Below are positions 24,401 through 37,721 of a stretch of 56,852 nt of DNA, one piece after another (position 1 is the first letter of the stretch; every line of letters starts with the position of its first letter). The translations under genes were made by a program, and so were the position numbers. The notes under the pieces were generated by a model. The model was given only the letters and a program-made list of their open reading frames with translations. It was not told where the DNA came from and searched no databases. This stretch comes from Gonapodya sp. JEL0774 (Eukaryota): NCBI GenBank assembly GCA_027604505.1, contig JADIIX010000142.1, positions 1 to 56,852 of the forward strand. The letters are read 5' to 3'.

Positions 24401-27400
24401 GGTTGTTTTCTGCAGTTAGAGTATAAGCATACCGTGCAGAGCCTCGAGCGATGTTGGCGAGAAGTTTAAGAAGAGATGAGAAAACGGGTTGACTTATGTT
24501 TGATGGAGTGGATCCGCCGCCTGCAGCACTCTGTGGGGTGACCAATTGGACGATGGACCGCAGGAAGGTCGGCGAAATGATTTCCTAAAATGAGCAATCA
24601 AAATACATGAGAGAATCAGTAACGGCCAAATTGTGAGCGGATCGAGCTCGTTACTTTTCTCACCTCCAGCTTGTTCCCTGGCAGTCGCCATGCCCAGTCC
24701 ACAATTCTCCCTAAACACCTCACTACTCCATCTACCAACTTCGGATCCCCGTATTGCAGCAAACGCTCCAAAACTGGCATGACTTCCTTCACCATGTCCA
24801 TCGCAGGTCGCTCGGATTGTTTCTGCTGAGAGCTCCCGCCTGCAGAACCTGATGAGTTTGACGTAGATGTTCCGGAGTTGTAAGAATAATTGGAGAGGCC
24901 ACGGCATGCGGATCCGGCGATGTTCACGGCAACTCTCTGCGTCCCCAAAGCAAAGAAATCAACGTATTGTAACGCTGCACACAATCCGTCCGCTCGGAGA
25001 ACTGAAGCAGGGTAATCGTGGGCACATTTGTCTAGAACAGCAAGAACCTGCTCAGCAAGGTCGATGAATTCGACCTCACGAAGTTTAGCAACAAGTGCAG
25101 GCACACCCCCATTCTGAACAATGTGAGACGTTGAAGAAGGAAGAGCTTCAATAAGGTTTGACAGGCAACGGCATGCCAAAAGAATAAGTTCCGGAAGTAT
25201 TGCTATACCAAAACGAAGGCGAGGCAGTCAGCTACCGAGCAACAGTGTCAGACACTCCCGAAAGGAACTCACCCCCGTCACCAGTTCCTCCCCCTCCTGC
25301 GCCTGTGATTCCCAGATCCTGTAGTATCCCCTCATCAACAAACTCAATCGGGAAGTCGTCCGGGATGCCGGCTGCTCTGAGCCGTTCCCTGACATCTGTT
25401 TCCTTCCGTTCCGGCCCTTTGATGATAGCAACCAGTGCTCGTACAGACTCATCCACATCAAAACCGGACATCCGAGAAGACGAGGATGACAGAAACTGGT
25501 CCTCTAAAGTAATAGATGGTCCAGTTAGGACCGCTGATCAAATCCATCGAGAATAATTCCGTCGCACACTCACCAGTGGCCATACTTAACAGTTCAGCAA
25601 GTTCCTGCAGCGCGACCATCTGCATGGTCTGGTCGCTGCCTTTTAGGTTGTTTATCATTTCACGGATTCGACCACTCGCGCCACTCGCGCCTCCCGAAGA
25701 TCTCTGCATGCCTTGGAGAAAACTCGAGGTGTTTGGGGGTGGAGCAGAGGCTGTGGAGGGCGCTACAGCAGAAGAGGAAGACGAAGAAGCCTCTGCAGGT
25801 GCATGTTGAGGCGTCGTAGAGGTTGGTGACGAGGTGGATAAACTTGTCTCGGTATTGACAATGTGTTCGCTATCCTTAGAGCCAGCTCCAACTTGAGAGG
25901 ACGACCCCTCCACTGATGCCGAAGCCTCTCCGACACATGCACTTCCAGATATCAGTTCCATATCCTCATTTTCATGATAGTTACTCTTCCTCCGCCTGCT
26001 ACCTTTGCCTTTTTTGCTAGTTTTCTTCTGTGCACTACTTGAAGAGCCTCCCGACGAGGTTGCTCCAGATTGACAGCTGGCCGCCATCTCCTCTTCTCCC
26101 GAACCAGAGTTAGAGCCTTCTTGTGCATGCTGAGTGGGCGAGACATCTTGGGACGAGTTCGCGACAGGAACAATGCAACCCTTGCTGTCTTTGAGAACCC
26201 GATTGACTTCGTCAGATGGGTCAGTTGCTGTGGCACTTGGTGTATCCTCGCCAGCCAGCTGACGTAACACTTCAGAATCCGACAGGGCACCTGGCTCGCT
26301 TTGCTTTCGTCCCCGTCTGCCCCTCTTCTTCCGATGATCTGATGTGCTCGCTGCAACGGCCGACAACGAGGACCCCACCGCAGTACCACTACCCCTGACA
26401 GTTTTACGGCGAGCACTCATAACAGAGGATGACGATGGAGGCGCCGCAGAAGCTGGCAACTGGTCGTCTACTTCTCTGTCGCCGTCCAGGTCCATCGGGT
26501 CCGACGACGGGCCCGCAGTTAGAGATGGCAGGGAGGGTTGACCACGCGAGGATCTCTTTTGTCGGCCAACTGGAGAAGAAGGAACGGTGCTCTGTTCGGG
26601 GGAGTCTTGAGAAGTAACGGGATTGGAGCTTAATGAGGACGGAGGGGGGGTTGAGGTGGGAGACGACGTGCTGGCATGTTTGTCCGAATTGTCTTTAGCC
26701 ATCTTGGAGCTGGTTCTCGATTTCTTTCTACCATTTGTCATTGTGAGATTAAGAAGCAGGTAGGCAAAGCACTTTAGAATGCGAACGAAAACGTAATCTC
26801 CAGGCCAGATATCAGGTTCATAAACTAGCAACACATAAATTTTTGCTGCGATTGTGCGACTCATTTGGTCCAAAGGGTCAATATCCGGCGTTCTATACGG
26901 CATCCAACTCAAATACTGTCCACATCCTCGGGCTGAACCCCTCCCACCCCCCCACCCCCCGAGATTCTCTGTAGCCACCACATTACTCACATCGTGGGTT
27001 TCTTTACTTGCGACTCCAATACCGAATCTTGGCTCGGTCCGTCGACCTCACGCGCTTGCGAAACTGATTGCGAGGAAGGATCAGGTGAGGGCGGTCTGCG
27101 ACGCTTCCTATGGACGTGATGAAATCAGAGAAGAAAATGAAGATAGGTCCATCGCGATTAGGGAAGGGCGGAGAGGCGGTTGGTCGAGGGACGGCAGTGA
27201 GGTTGGCACCCAATGTTGTATCGTAAAGATATTCAGTGTTTGAGCAAGGGCGGAGGAGGTTGTAGACGATCATGGAAAGCGCAGAAATGAATACGTGCAT
27301 AAAATTACATATGAAAGTGGAAGTGAATATCTGGTGAAGGTGGCCACGGCGCAGCAAGAACATCACGAACCTGATGCTGTGCGGGGTAGAGGGCGAATCC

Positions 27401-27738
27401 ACGAACGAATCAACACTTGATAATGAAGATGAAGAGGAAAGTAGAGAGGCGACTGAGGAGAGGGAGGGTTTTCGGGAAGTCCCAGTGGGCCGAGTGCTCA
27501 GTTTCTGGGCTACCTCGTCGGCGATAGTTGAAGGGTGAAATACAGATGTCGTTGCTGCCAACCTTTGGGAATAGATGGACAAAGGCCCAGATGTTGTCAC
27601 GGCGGCAGCAGCAGCCGCTTCTGCGCGAGTGCGTGGTTTCTCTCGTATTGAGTTGTTGGGTTGTGAGTTGTCTGGCTGAGAGCCGCCCGAAGAGTCGTCG
27701 GTCCGCTGAGTCTTGGGTCTAGTACCGTACGACGACAT
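18404..27738 (-). CDS. UFD4: HECT E3 ubiquitin ligase Ufd4/TRIP12
   Basis: Disordered N-terminus (exons from ATG 27738 join in phase through ~27108-26991 into KKSRT), ARM repeats (ACRCLSNLIEALP, FIDLAEQ, YVDFF...QR.A), the VSIHAVATF motif, and a HECT domain (LEVEFFDEVGTGLGPTLEFY...LPSVMTCVNYLKLPDY...GAFHLS*). Confidence 0.95.
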
Positions 27739-28375
27739 TCATGGCCTTTACCGTCCCGGTTGTGTTCCTCCGGGTTTGCCCTCCCTCCTCCGGGGAGAGT
27801 GGATAGGGACTGAGTTTGGGTGTTGTGAACCTTCAGGAGCCGTACGACGCCCGTTTTCAAGCACTCGCGGTGCGCTCAGTCTAACAACAGCGTCCGCGGT
27901 CTGTTGTCCGAGTGTGGGGTTGCCAAACCAATGATATGTGGTGTGTGGATGTCACCCCCACCACCACATGGAACTTCATGCAATACAACATTACAATTTC
28001 TACATTTATTTCAGTCTGAATGATTTCGAATTTCCTGGTAGAACATTCTCTGAACAAATGAGCGTCACGGTAGGGAATGGGCAGAAACGGAGTAAGCACG
28101 GACGAACTCTTTCCGCATCTTTTCATTTGCTTGATGTTCTCTTCTCCAATTCTAACATGCAATCGAAGTGCTGAGCCTGGCAGACGTCAGTACCAGCAGG
28201 GATCATTTGTGGGTTACAAGTTCCAAATCTAAATGTCATTACAATTTTATCCAAATTGCCACGATGATATGACCTGCATACTCCAAGGTTGAGTGAGCTC
28301 TTCGAATGTACAGTCACGATGTATGAACCCTGAGAATGGCCACAGCGGTCATACCCAGCCAGCGAAACAACGATA

Positions 28376-31300
28376 ATGAGAAAGGGAGCGCAGCTCTTCG
28401 TGGTCGCACTCGTAATAATTTCATTGTCGAGCGTGAAAACACTCCAGGCTGGGGGGGCCCAACCTCCGAACACTCCAGACGATCGGCAGCACGTCAGGAC
28501 AGTATTCGTCGTGTGGAGTTGGCACCTTGACTTGGGATTCACAATCTCTAATCGAGATGGCTTTAGTAGGACGAATAATGCAGCTTCCGGTAAGTGAATG
28601 CGTTTGGCGTTTCCAATTCCTGAGTTCAAACTGTGGACCCCCGCGATCAGTTGTTGATCGCTACTTTCAACATTACTTCGTGGATGCCATTGGTACGATT
28701 CCATGTTGACACCACATACACCCTGTACTCACTACCATATCCAGATACTTACCAGGAAGTTTGGGATTCATCGAACGGGACTGAACGATACGTTTACCTG
28801 ACGCATTCTTGGCTCTTGTCCATGTATCTCGACGACTGTCCGAAATATGCGCAATTTCGCTGCCCAACGGCAGAGGAAAAATTGAAGGTCGTGGAAGCCA
28901 TACGGAGGTACAATTGCTTGCTCATTGCTCTTGGAAGGAATATGTGATTACAAGCCTCTTGATGCTCATCTCCACCTAGAGGGCAACTCACTTACCACGC
29001 CTACCCCTTCAACACTGAAATTGAGTATGGTAATGCGGATCTCGCCCGCTACGCCATTCAACTCACACACCACATTGATGACCTCGTCGCCAACTATCCC
29101 AACACCACTGGACCGAATTTGAACCGTCGCAAGACCGTAGTTTCGCAACGAGATGTACCAGGAATAACACAATCTGTCATACCGATCCTTGTATCGGAGG
29201 GCGTAAGGGCCATATCGGTGAGTCTTGCGTTCCTTCCAGTTCCGTGGATCCTCTCCTTCAATTGCCTTAACGCGGTTGACGTGGCCTGGATTCAAAGTTC
29301 GGATGTAACGCCGCTTCCAGTCCCGTTGCCGTGCCGCACAATCGGCCTTTTATATGGCGAAATGATCAAACTGGCGATTCTATGCTTGCCTTGTACAATG
29401 ATGGCGGTTACGGATGGGAGTTGGATCCAGTGAAACACTTGTTCTACGTCCCTCTACGTGAGGGCAGAAAGTCATGTCCATATGGAGCCATTTTTGCGTG
29501 GTGGGGTTGGGATAAGTATGTGTATTGCATTCGACTTCTGATGGGATTTGTAAACTAATTCTTACCTGGTATGTACTCCCTCCATCAGCGCTGGCCCTTT
29601 TCCCGTGTCTGATATCCGCAATTATTATGCCCAATTCAGAGAGACATACCCGAATGCAACTTTCATCGGCGCCACGCTGGAAGATGTTGCTGACGCCTTT
29701 ACTTCCCCAGAGTGCCTTTCGCTCCTTGAAACTGTGGATGGTGAGATGGGTGACACATGGGTGAGTGAAAGGAGACAAGGCACTTAGTTCAACGTTGCTC
29801 CTGCCTTGTGCTATATTCCTCTAGATCTACGGAATGGGCTCGGATCCTTATAAAACAGGAGCTTTGAGGGCACTAATGCGAGCTCGGGAACAATGTGGTA
29901 CCGATCCGTTGTGTGAGACAGATCCGGGCAATGTGTCTGGAGGAAGGTCTTGGGGCAATTTTTCGAGGTGGTTGTTGAAAGGGGTGGAACACACATGGTG
30001 AGTAAACGAGGATTCGAAAATGCTTTGCTCTGACAAAATCACTTCATTCCCCATCCTCGATTCCAAGGGGCGGGTCATTCATTGAGTTTATTGGCGTGCC
30101 CGAGTATCTCATCACATGGACACCTGCGTTCTTCCGCCGACATCAGTTTACCCACCCATCTTTCCGGGAGGTGGCAGGAACATGGCAGGAACAGAGAATG
30201 TGGCAAGTACAATCAAAGAATTCAAGATGTCGAAAGGTCCATCCGATTGTACTCCGCCTTGCGTGACCAAGGGCTCTCGAATATGCCGTGCAAGCACTCG
30301 AGAATGGCGGTCATGCCCTAGCGAAGAGGGCGCGAGCAGCTGTGGAGCATTGGTGGCCCTCTGCGGCCAGGAGCGATAAGAGCGATGGGTCTGGGTTTGC
30401 GATCACTCCGATCAATCCTGACAGCTCTGCCTGTGATAATTTGTTCCCCGAAGCCTCTCTCTCCTCTCTCCGCACTCGATATCCATTGCAGGTACGACCC
30501 GGGGAGGTAATCCGCTCAGGGCCAAGATGGAACAAAAATGGGCACAATTCGTGGGAAATCAGCTTTAGCTCATCGGGGTCTGTGACCAGACTCGCGTTCT
30601 CTCTTTTTGAAGACGGCTGGAAAACAGTGGTGATAGCCACACGTGAGTCCTGCAGGCAGTTGGCGTGCGTGCGAGTTGTATCGTGATGTTTTACCTATTG
30701 ACAGCAAAACGGCGCCTTTGTGAGCTTGAATATCGTGTGTACGATCAAGCAGAGTTCGATTTATTTGCAAAAGACTATTGGTATGTGGTGTCGCAACCCA
30801 TGTTTCCAAGCTGGTATTCAATCACGCCATTCAAAAAAAGCTATCTGTACACATCAGATTATGACCTATCGAAGCAAGGTGTGTGTGTGTGTGTGACTGT
30901 CATTTTCGATTGTCGCAGACCGTTCACAGACATCTTTTGAAGGTTTTCCCTCCCGACGTCTCTCGATGTTTCCCAATAACACTTCATCGAGCATCTACTG
31001 GGACGGTGAAGCGTCGTTTGCCATGATCACCGAATTTCCGCCGGACTCAACAAGTGAAAAGGTAGGGACTTATGGTGAGATTATGGTTACATATGTTCGT
31101 CTTGGGGTTCGTTTCTCACCGTTTAGTGTCCGATCTCTATTATAGGGGCCCCCCGTGGTATTTTGTTTGAATATGTCATCGTACCGAGCGAATTCGAGCT
31201 CAAATTTTCGCTAACATGGATATGCAAGCTCGCAACGAGAATACCTGAGTCGATCTCACTTATCTTCAATCCTTCCATCCCCGCATATTCCTCATCTCCC

Positions 31301-31798
31301 TTGTCGATCCAATTGTCATCTCAAGCGGACGATCACACTCTCTTTCGGTCGGAGGCGCCTGCCTGGCATGTCGAGAAACTCTCTCGTCTCATCGATACAT
31401 CCCGCGTCTTTCACAACGGAAGCAATAACGTGCATGCGACCTTCCGTGGATTTGGACTACCGGGATCGGTGTGGATCGAGTCTGAAGATGCAGGTTTGGT
31501 GACTGTGGGGGGCACTGCGGCGTTTCCAAGACGAGACGGTGTGAGCCAGGACGTTGGGGCTGCGGTGTCGCTGTACAATAACCTGTGGGGAACAAATTTT
31601 TTGCAAGTGAGTGATAAGTGTGTTGTTGTTGATCCAGGTAAGCATTGTTCCAGCTCTTACCTGGAGCAAACATTTCAATCCCAGTGGTTCCCGATCGAAC
31701 GCCCAAGTAAAACAACTGGAGGTGGCACTTGGAAATTTTCGATTCGGTGGTGGGAGGACGTGGTCGGCGATAAGAAGTTCACGGTGCCCACCGCTTGA
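28376..31798 (+). CDS. Secreted GH38-N-like / DUF5054-family protein
   Basis: Signal peptide; VFVVWSWHLDLGF, YHAYPFN, SQRDVPG, WDNAGP, EMGDTWIYG, EHTWG, TWQEQR, LYNNLWGTNF.QWFP. Many introns, one of them GC-AG (30203-30271). Confidence 0.75.
30879..30895. repeat. (GT)n microsatellite at an intron 5' end
   Basis: A run of about 8 GT units. Confidence 0.8.
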
Positions 31799-32111
31799 TT
31801 GGTAGTTTTACGTGCAAACATAATCTTTGATGATCTGAACTTTTTTGGTTTGTTGTATTTCAATCAAAGACAGATCTTCGGAAGGGAAGGGGAATTGCGA
31901 GTCCACATTTGAAATAGATGATCTCTAAGTTTCAGGCCATACGCAGTTCACTCTCAGAGACATCATCAAGTCTATGATTGCAGAGGTTTGCACAGATCTG
32001 CGTTCTGCGCTTTTGATGATCCCTCCTTTATTCCACACATCGGCATTGTACAAACAAGACATTTGCCAGCCATAAGTTCAAAATTGTCTTTTATTACAGA
32101 CTGCGGAAGTC

Positions 32112-34408
32112 TTAGGTCCTCTCTCTTTTCGCCACCCTCTTTTCTCTCTCTTTGTCAACCTTCTTCTCGTTCTCAAAGTATTTGTTCGTCCTTCTCCTGC
32201 TGTCCACAGGCAGATGCTCCCAACAGTCAGAGCACACGGCCCTCAGATCCCATTCGACGAATTTGGAGCGAGGGTTTAGAGGAAGCTCGCAAAGGCTACA
32301 GGACAAATGCAATTGGCAGTAGGGCTTTGACAGTGCCGACACAGCTGGGACATGAGAGAGGTGGAGTACGTAGTCCATAGAAAGGAAAACCAAGTTATCT
32401 GAGCCCTCAAGAAAGCGACATCTCCAGCGCAAAAAAACGCAGCCGAAAAAACTCACGTTCCCCATCAATGGCCTCGAAGCACTTTCCACAAACATTCCCT
32501 GCGGCCTCATTGTAGTGTTTCGCACAGTAGGGCATATCTTTCCACACGCGATAGGTTGAATCTATAAAGGGAAGCTCACAGCGCGCGCATACAAAGTGCT
32601 AGACAGCACGGCGAAGGCATCAGGGTGTGAGATTCGATGTGTTTGGGGACAAGCATTCATCCCACCAAAGGTTCCGGACAGTAAATCCCTTCAATTCTGT
32701 ACCAACTTACCTCCGGATGAAAATGCCGCCCCATTCCCACCACGCTTCTTCCCACCACCGCCTCTTTACAGGCAAAGCACCGATTTGCTGCGGCCTTCTC
32801 GTAATGCTCCTTGCAGTAGAGTTTTCCTTGGTGCTCTTTGCAGTCAGGTCCGAGTTCTTTGCGACACGATGTACATGCAAAGTGATGTGCATGGTAGCGG
32901 AGTCCATGCAGAAGGAGGAGGTCGCTGGGTGCGATGGGCTTTTTGCACCGGTGACACGACGAAAGCTTCGCAGCGCTTTCTTTGGAATTTTCAACGAGAA
33001 AGAAATGAATTTGAGACATTCAGTAGCAGTGTAGCAGTGAACTGTCCATAAATTCACCATCCAATTTTTCCTTTGCAATACATCCCTTGCACCACGGTCT
33101 GCCCTGCCTTTTGGCATAGGTTTTCCCTTGCAGTGGGGTTGAGCACCCAACACATGCAAAATGTTCAGGGTGCCACCGAAGGTCGCAGGCTGTGAGGGAA
33201 GGACCTTTTATGAGCTCGCCACAGTGGGCGCAGCGTGGGCTTTATCCAGGTGAGGCCACAATAGAGGATCCCAGGGTATTACGAGCGGGGAACATGTGTT
33301 TGTGAGGAGTGGAATGGGGACAGTGGAAGGGATGGGGGTGGAGTGGTAGATAATTAGAAGGTCGGTGCGGAACAGCGGCGAGTTTTGCCGAGAAAATGAC
33401 AGTAATCAGCTCAACAGACATGATAGCAGCCACAATAAGTTCCTTCCGGTAGTCGTCGTTCCATATCGAGTTCTCCCCATATTTCGATGTATTCGCTCCA
33501 GACACGCACCACCGCCGCCAGATGTGAGACTGTCGGCTCTCCTCAAGTACAATCAACGTTTGATTTAGTTCGTCTTTAACACTCACCCGTACATAATAGC
33601 GTAATCTTCCTCGCAATAGAATCTGTCAGCCTCTTCAAAGTATACTCCAGCGGGGAAGGGGAGAAGACATTGGTGGCAGCTGTAATGATTACAAGCTTGA
33701 TTATATTCAGGCGAACATGCCAATTGATCCAGTGTGAAACAGAAGCCTGGACTTTCACACCACAATAACCGCGATTCACGTTGAACACTCCTTTCGTCCA
33801 AATGGTTGGTAAAGCCTGAGAAGCCCCATAACAAAATCCGCCGTAAAAAACGAACCGTCATGAGACTCTTCACAATCAAGAATCGCACATCTTGGTCTGT
33901 TCTTCGTGTACCAGCCGGTTGGCCACCTCAAAGAGAATCGCCGAGTGAACCACTTTTTACGACACCGCTATCTTAGCTTTTCCAGGCGATAGCAAGTTTT
34001 TTTCATTTGAGACTCCCCTCTCGAGTGGATTGTCCGGTTATGTTGTCCCGTCAGGTACTCGTTCTATAGGTTTGATACTGACAGAAAGCACTCTGCGTGC
34101 ATCCTGACCCTGGCTTCCCCAGCATACACGCTACCATCTGTCTTGGTGATCTGCCCGTCACATATTGCGCACACGGCTCCGGGCGAGAGGTCGGGTGCAG
34201 AGGCTAAGGCATTTATCGGCGTTGCCGTGGACACGATGAACGACGCGGCGGAAGTGGATGATGGCGGTAGCGGGAGCGCAACCTGAGACATACTAAAACG
34301 TTTTTCGCTGTAAACGAATATAGAAAAGTGTTGCAGATGAGCTAGGTCTTGGATGCCCTTTGACCGAAGCCTCTGACTTGCTGCTCACCATTTGCCTTCT
34401 GGTTCCAT
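32112..34408 (-). CDS. PINCH: PINCH/LIMS-like five-LIM-domain adaptor
   Basis: Five tandem LIM domains. LIM1 CHQCLLPFPAGVYFEEADRFYCEEDY, LIM4 HPEHFVCARCELPF...YCAKHYN, LIM5 and tail VSALSKPYC...KFVEWDLRAVCSDCWEHLPVDSRRR all resemble PINCH. Start at 34291, or at 34408 through an in-phase upstream exon. Confidence 0.85.
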
Positions 34409-35320
34409 CAGCCTGCTACCCTCTCCCTCAGGGTGCCCGATTGGAAAATTTGAAACGCGAAGTCCAAGTCGACCAGGCACGACGTGCCCCAATCCCCCCC
34501 TTGGCGAGAGGCAGGCGCACCAGCCTAAGTTCCATCCGCGTCTCTCCATCGTCTGCGGTGCGTGCATGCAGCTGCTGTCGTCCACACCATCACCAGGAAC
34601 CGCAATTCTAACTTCGTTCTTTGCCAGCCCGCTGAGATAAGTCTGCGCAGACACTAGGTTTTGTTGTCACATTGGTCCATCCAGGCTCCAAACCATCGCA
34701 AAAATGTAAAGTGTCACTTATTCTTCGGCCCCTAGACAGCGCAAGAAGGCGCGGAGACGCTTTAAAATGCCAGCAGCAACTTTGCAATCTACGATAATGA
34801 AGTGAGCATCTCAAATAAGGATACTACAGGCCTGTTAAACAAGGAAACTACAGCACTTGGACTCCTTCTTGAAACCGAAGCTCTTGGAGGCAACAGAGGC
34901 TGCGACCGGCATGAATGAAAATGTTAAAGTGGAACCGAAGACTTTCGAGCATATTGCAGGTCAAAATGTTGCCTGGACCGTGAGTCAAGGGAAGAAATAG
35001 CCCACAGACGAAACTTGTCAAAGGCTGCTCAAAACATCAATATAGCCTCGAAAAACTGTAAAGAGTTGATTTTATTGAGAATTAGAGGTTTGGAAGCCAA
35101 ATTCTTAAATTTGTCCTCCATGTGGTGGGAGGTTGGACTTTGCGCACAAAAAGTCTGACGGGTCCCCCCAGAAGGCCGAGTTTCCCAGCTTAGCTCACCA
35201 TCACCACCTCCCCCCATACGAATTCAATTCGAATTCGGAACTACGATTACAGATAGTTTTCATTGAAAAGCGCCAGCCTCGTCCACGCGCCCGAATAAAT
35301 TCATCGTGAGGACTTCAAAA

Positions 35321-37375
35321 ATGTCGGCGGAAGCGAGACTGAAGCTTGCGTCCGGCTTTCTCGTCCAAGCGCCACCGGGGGAGCTCAATGACGTCTTCAA
35401 TGGTGCGTGGACGTGAAACTGTGGCTACTTCGCGGGTCTGGGTGTGACAAGTAGGGTTCGTACAGTCGTGGGACCTCAACATATGTTGCCCCATCAAGTT
35501 CTAAGGGAAGATGGCATGCCACTTACGGTGAAGCAATGCACCAGATGAACAGGAATTCATTTGATGGAATGGAGAGAATCCATCGAACTTGAGGCATACG
35601 CTCTCGTTCCCGTCTCGTGAACAAGTGGACTCGCCAATGAAATGCCTAAAATACCCACGATGATCCCAATATTGGAAACCGATCACGCGGACTCATGTTT
35701 CTTCCATTGTTGACATAGCCTTTGAAAAATCACTTTTCACTCCCCAAACCCAGATGTTCGCTCGGTTCTCGCCGACGATGATCTTCTCCAACAGGGTATT
35801 GGTCCCGCCTTTGCCTCCTATGACGCCGAGCAGCTCACACCAATAAAGCCGGAGGGAGCGTCGGAGGACGTACTTCTTACACCTTACAATAGAGTTCCAC
35901 AGACCACGACCGGTGCCCCAGCCAAATACCTGGATCCACGTACGGGAGGGGTATTTGAATACGATCATGTGGCGAGGATAGCGGGGATCCTAGAGGAAGG
36001 GGAGAAAGTACAGGGGGAGGTGGAGGACGCCAGGTGGGTGCCTCGCGGGGTTGTTGCACACTGCTTTTGTCGAGTTGTAAAAGCTGGAAGGTCCTGCATG
36101 GGTGACGATGTGTGCTGGTTTCTGCGCAACAAGGTGCCGGAGCATAAAGGACCAACATAGTTGGTCCGAAGGAACAAAAGGGGAAGACCAGATCCATCAG
36201 GCGGTAGGCAGGAAAACGTAGATACCGGAACATGTCGCTCACCGCTCACGCAATGTCAGAACACAGATGGGTGATGAGTTTGGCAAGTAAGCGAGCGTGT
36301 AACACACGGTTATCATGAACATATAGCGACGGCATCTGCCAAGCTGTATGGGCAATTACCGCTCTGTTTGTTTCCATTTGTGATAGTCTGTGAACCGATC
36401 GACGCAATCCAGGGCATCTTCTGACGTACTCTTTCCCTGCTTCCGGACCGCGCCCTTCGCCGCACTTGGCTCTGATTCCGCTTCTAAGGTCTGCCCTCGA
36501 TGGCGCGCTCTCCAAGTATGTCAGCGAGCACTATCCGGAGGGCCGGTGTGGTGTCTTCGCAGACAAAGATGGGATTGGATTAGTCGCGTGTATCAGCTCG
36601 GGAAAGTATTCAGTGGGCAACTTTTGGTGCGTAGTGCGTCGCGAAGTTGACTTTTTAAAACAACAGAATGCGATCCGTGGGTGGGAAGTGCTTCGTGGAA
36701 GGACTGGTCGCGCCCATGGTTGTGCTCTCATTCTCACTCCACATCACAATATAACTAAATCGTCTCACCTCTCTGTGTCGTGTTATATTTATCGCCTTTC
36801 CTACCGTTTCCCGAATAACACAGGACCGGCTTGTGGCGCTCCACCTGGCGCCTCCCTGCCGCAGGTGGTGCGCTGAAGGGCTCTCTAAGCGCCCGCGTAC
36901 ACTATTACGAGGATGGTAATGTTCAGTTAGAGTCGTCAAAGGAGGTTGACGGTGGCAAGGTGGAAGGCAAGGTGAGGTGAACCGCATGAAAACTACTCCA
37001 AACCTGCGAACCTGGCCGAACAATTGCCTTTAGGACTCTAGTGCTATCGCGGCTGCTGCAATCAAGCTCATTCGAAGTGTCGAGCACGAGCACCAGCAAG
37101 CTCTGAATGAAGCGCTCACCGGGACATCCGAGTCTGCCTTCAGGCAGCTTAGGAGGACGCTGCCGATCACGAGAAATAAAATTGGTGAGTTCGACATTTT
37201 GTGGTGTAGGAGGCGATCGGCGTGATCAGCGTGACGCATAGTCCCGCCCAATTGTTGACCCCTCTATGTTTCTGATTATGTATACTGATGTACTCCGCCA
37301 GAGTGGGCCAAGATTGGGTCCTATCGTCTCGGTGAACATTTGGCAGCAGCAGGAGCTAGGGTGGGGTCCTCATAA
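35321..37375 (+). CDS. CAP1: F-actin capping protein alpha subunit
   Basis: FLVQAPPGELNDVFNDVR, KYSVGNFWTGLWRS.W, AHYYEDGNVQL, FRQLRRTLPITRNKIEWAKIGSYRLG. Confidence 0.93.
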
Positions 37376-37721
37376 CTGCCAGAGCAGTGGTGGGTTTGGA
37401 TGCAGTTGTCAGCGTGTTTCAACATTACATCGTCTCAAAGCGTATGAATGTCACTTGGATGCCTATGAAATATAATAAATAATGTAGGGAATTGCTCTTA
37501 GATCCCAATTGCGTGCGTACTCAAGTAGTCATCTGTAACCTGTAAGAAAGCCAGTGGTAATTCGGCGATTGGTGACTATCGATCTCCTTCATTAGAGTTG
37601 TTGGAGTTGCGAAGTTGCTGATAACTAATTTAATCCTTCTGTTCATTCCTTGTCAGGAACTGCACCTGTCGCGTGACCCGAAGAACAACTTTTCAACACT
37701 TGCTTCTGCTTACGCGCAACG

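Noticed and set aside
34660..35320. Possible gene between PINCH and CAP1
   Set aside because: Only short ORFs with no consistent splicing. Best read as a divergent promoter region.
36262..36425. GTGATGA C-box-like motif in a CAP1 intron
   Set aside because: The only downstream CTGA looks like the branch site. There is no closing stem or recognisable guide.
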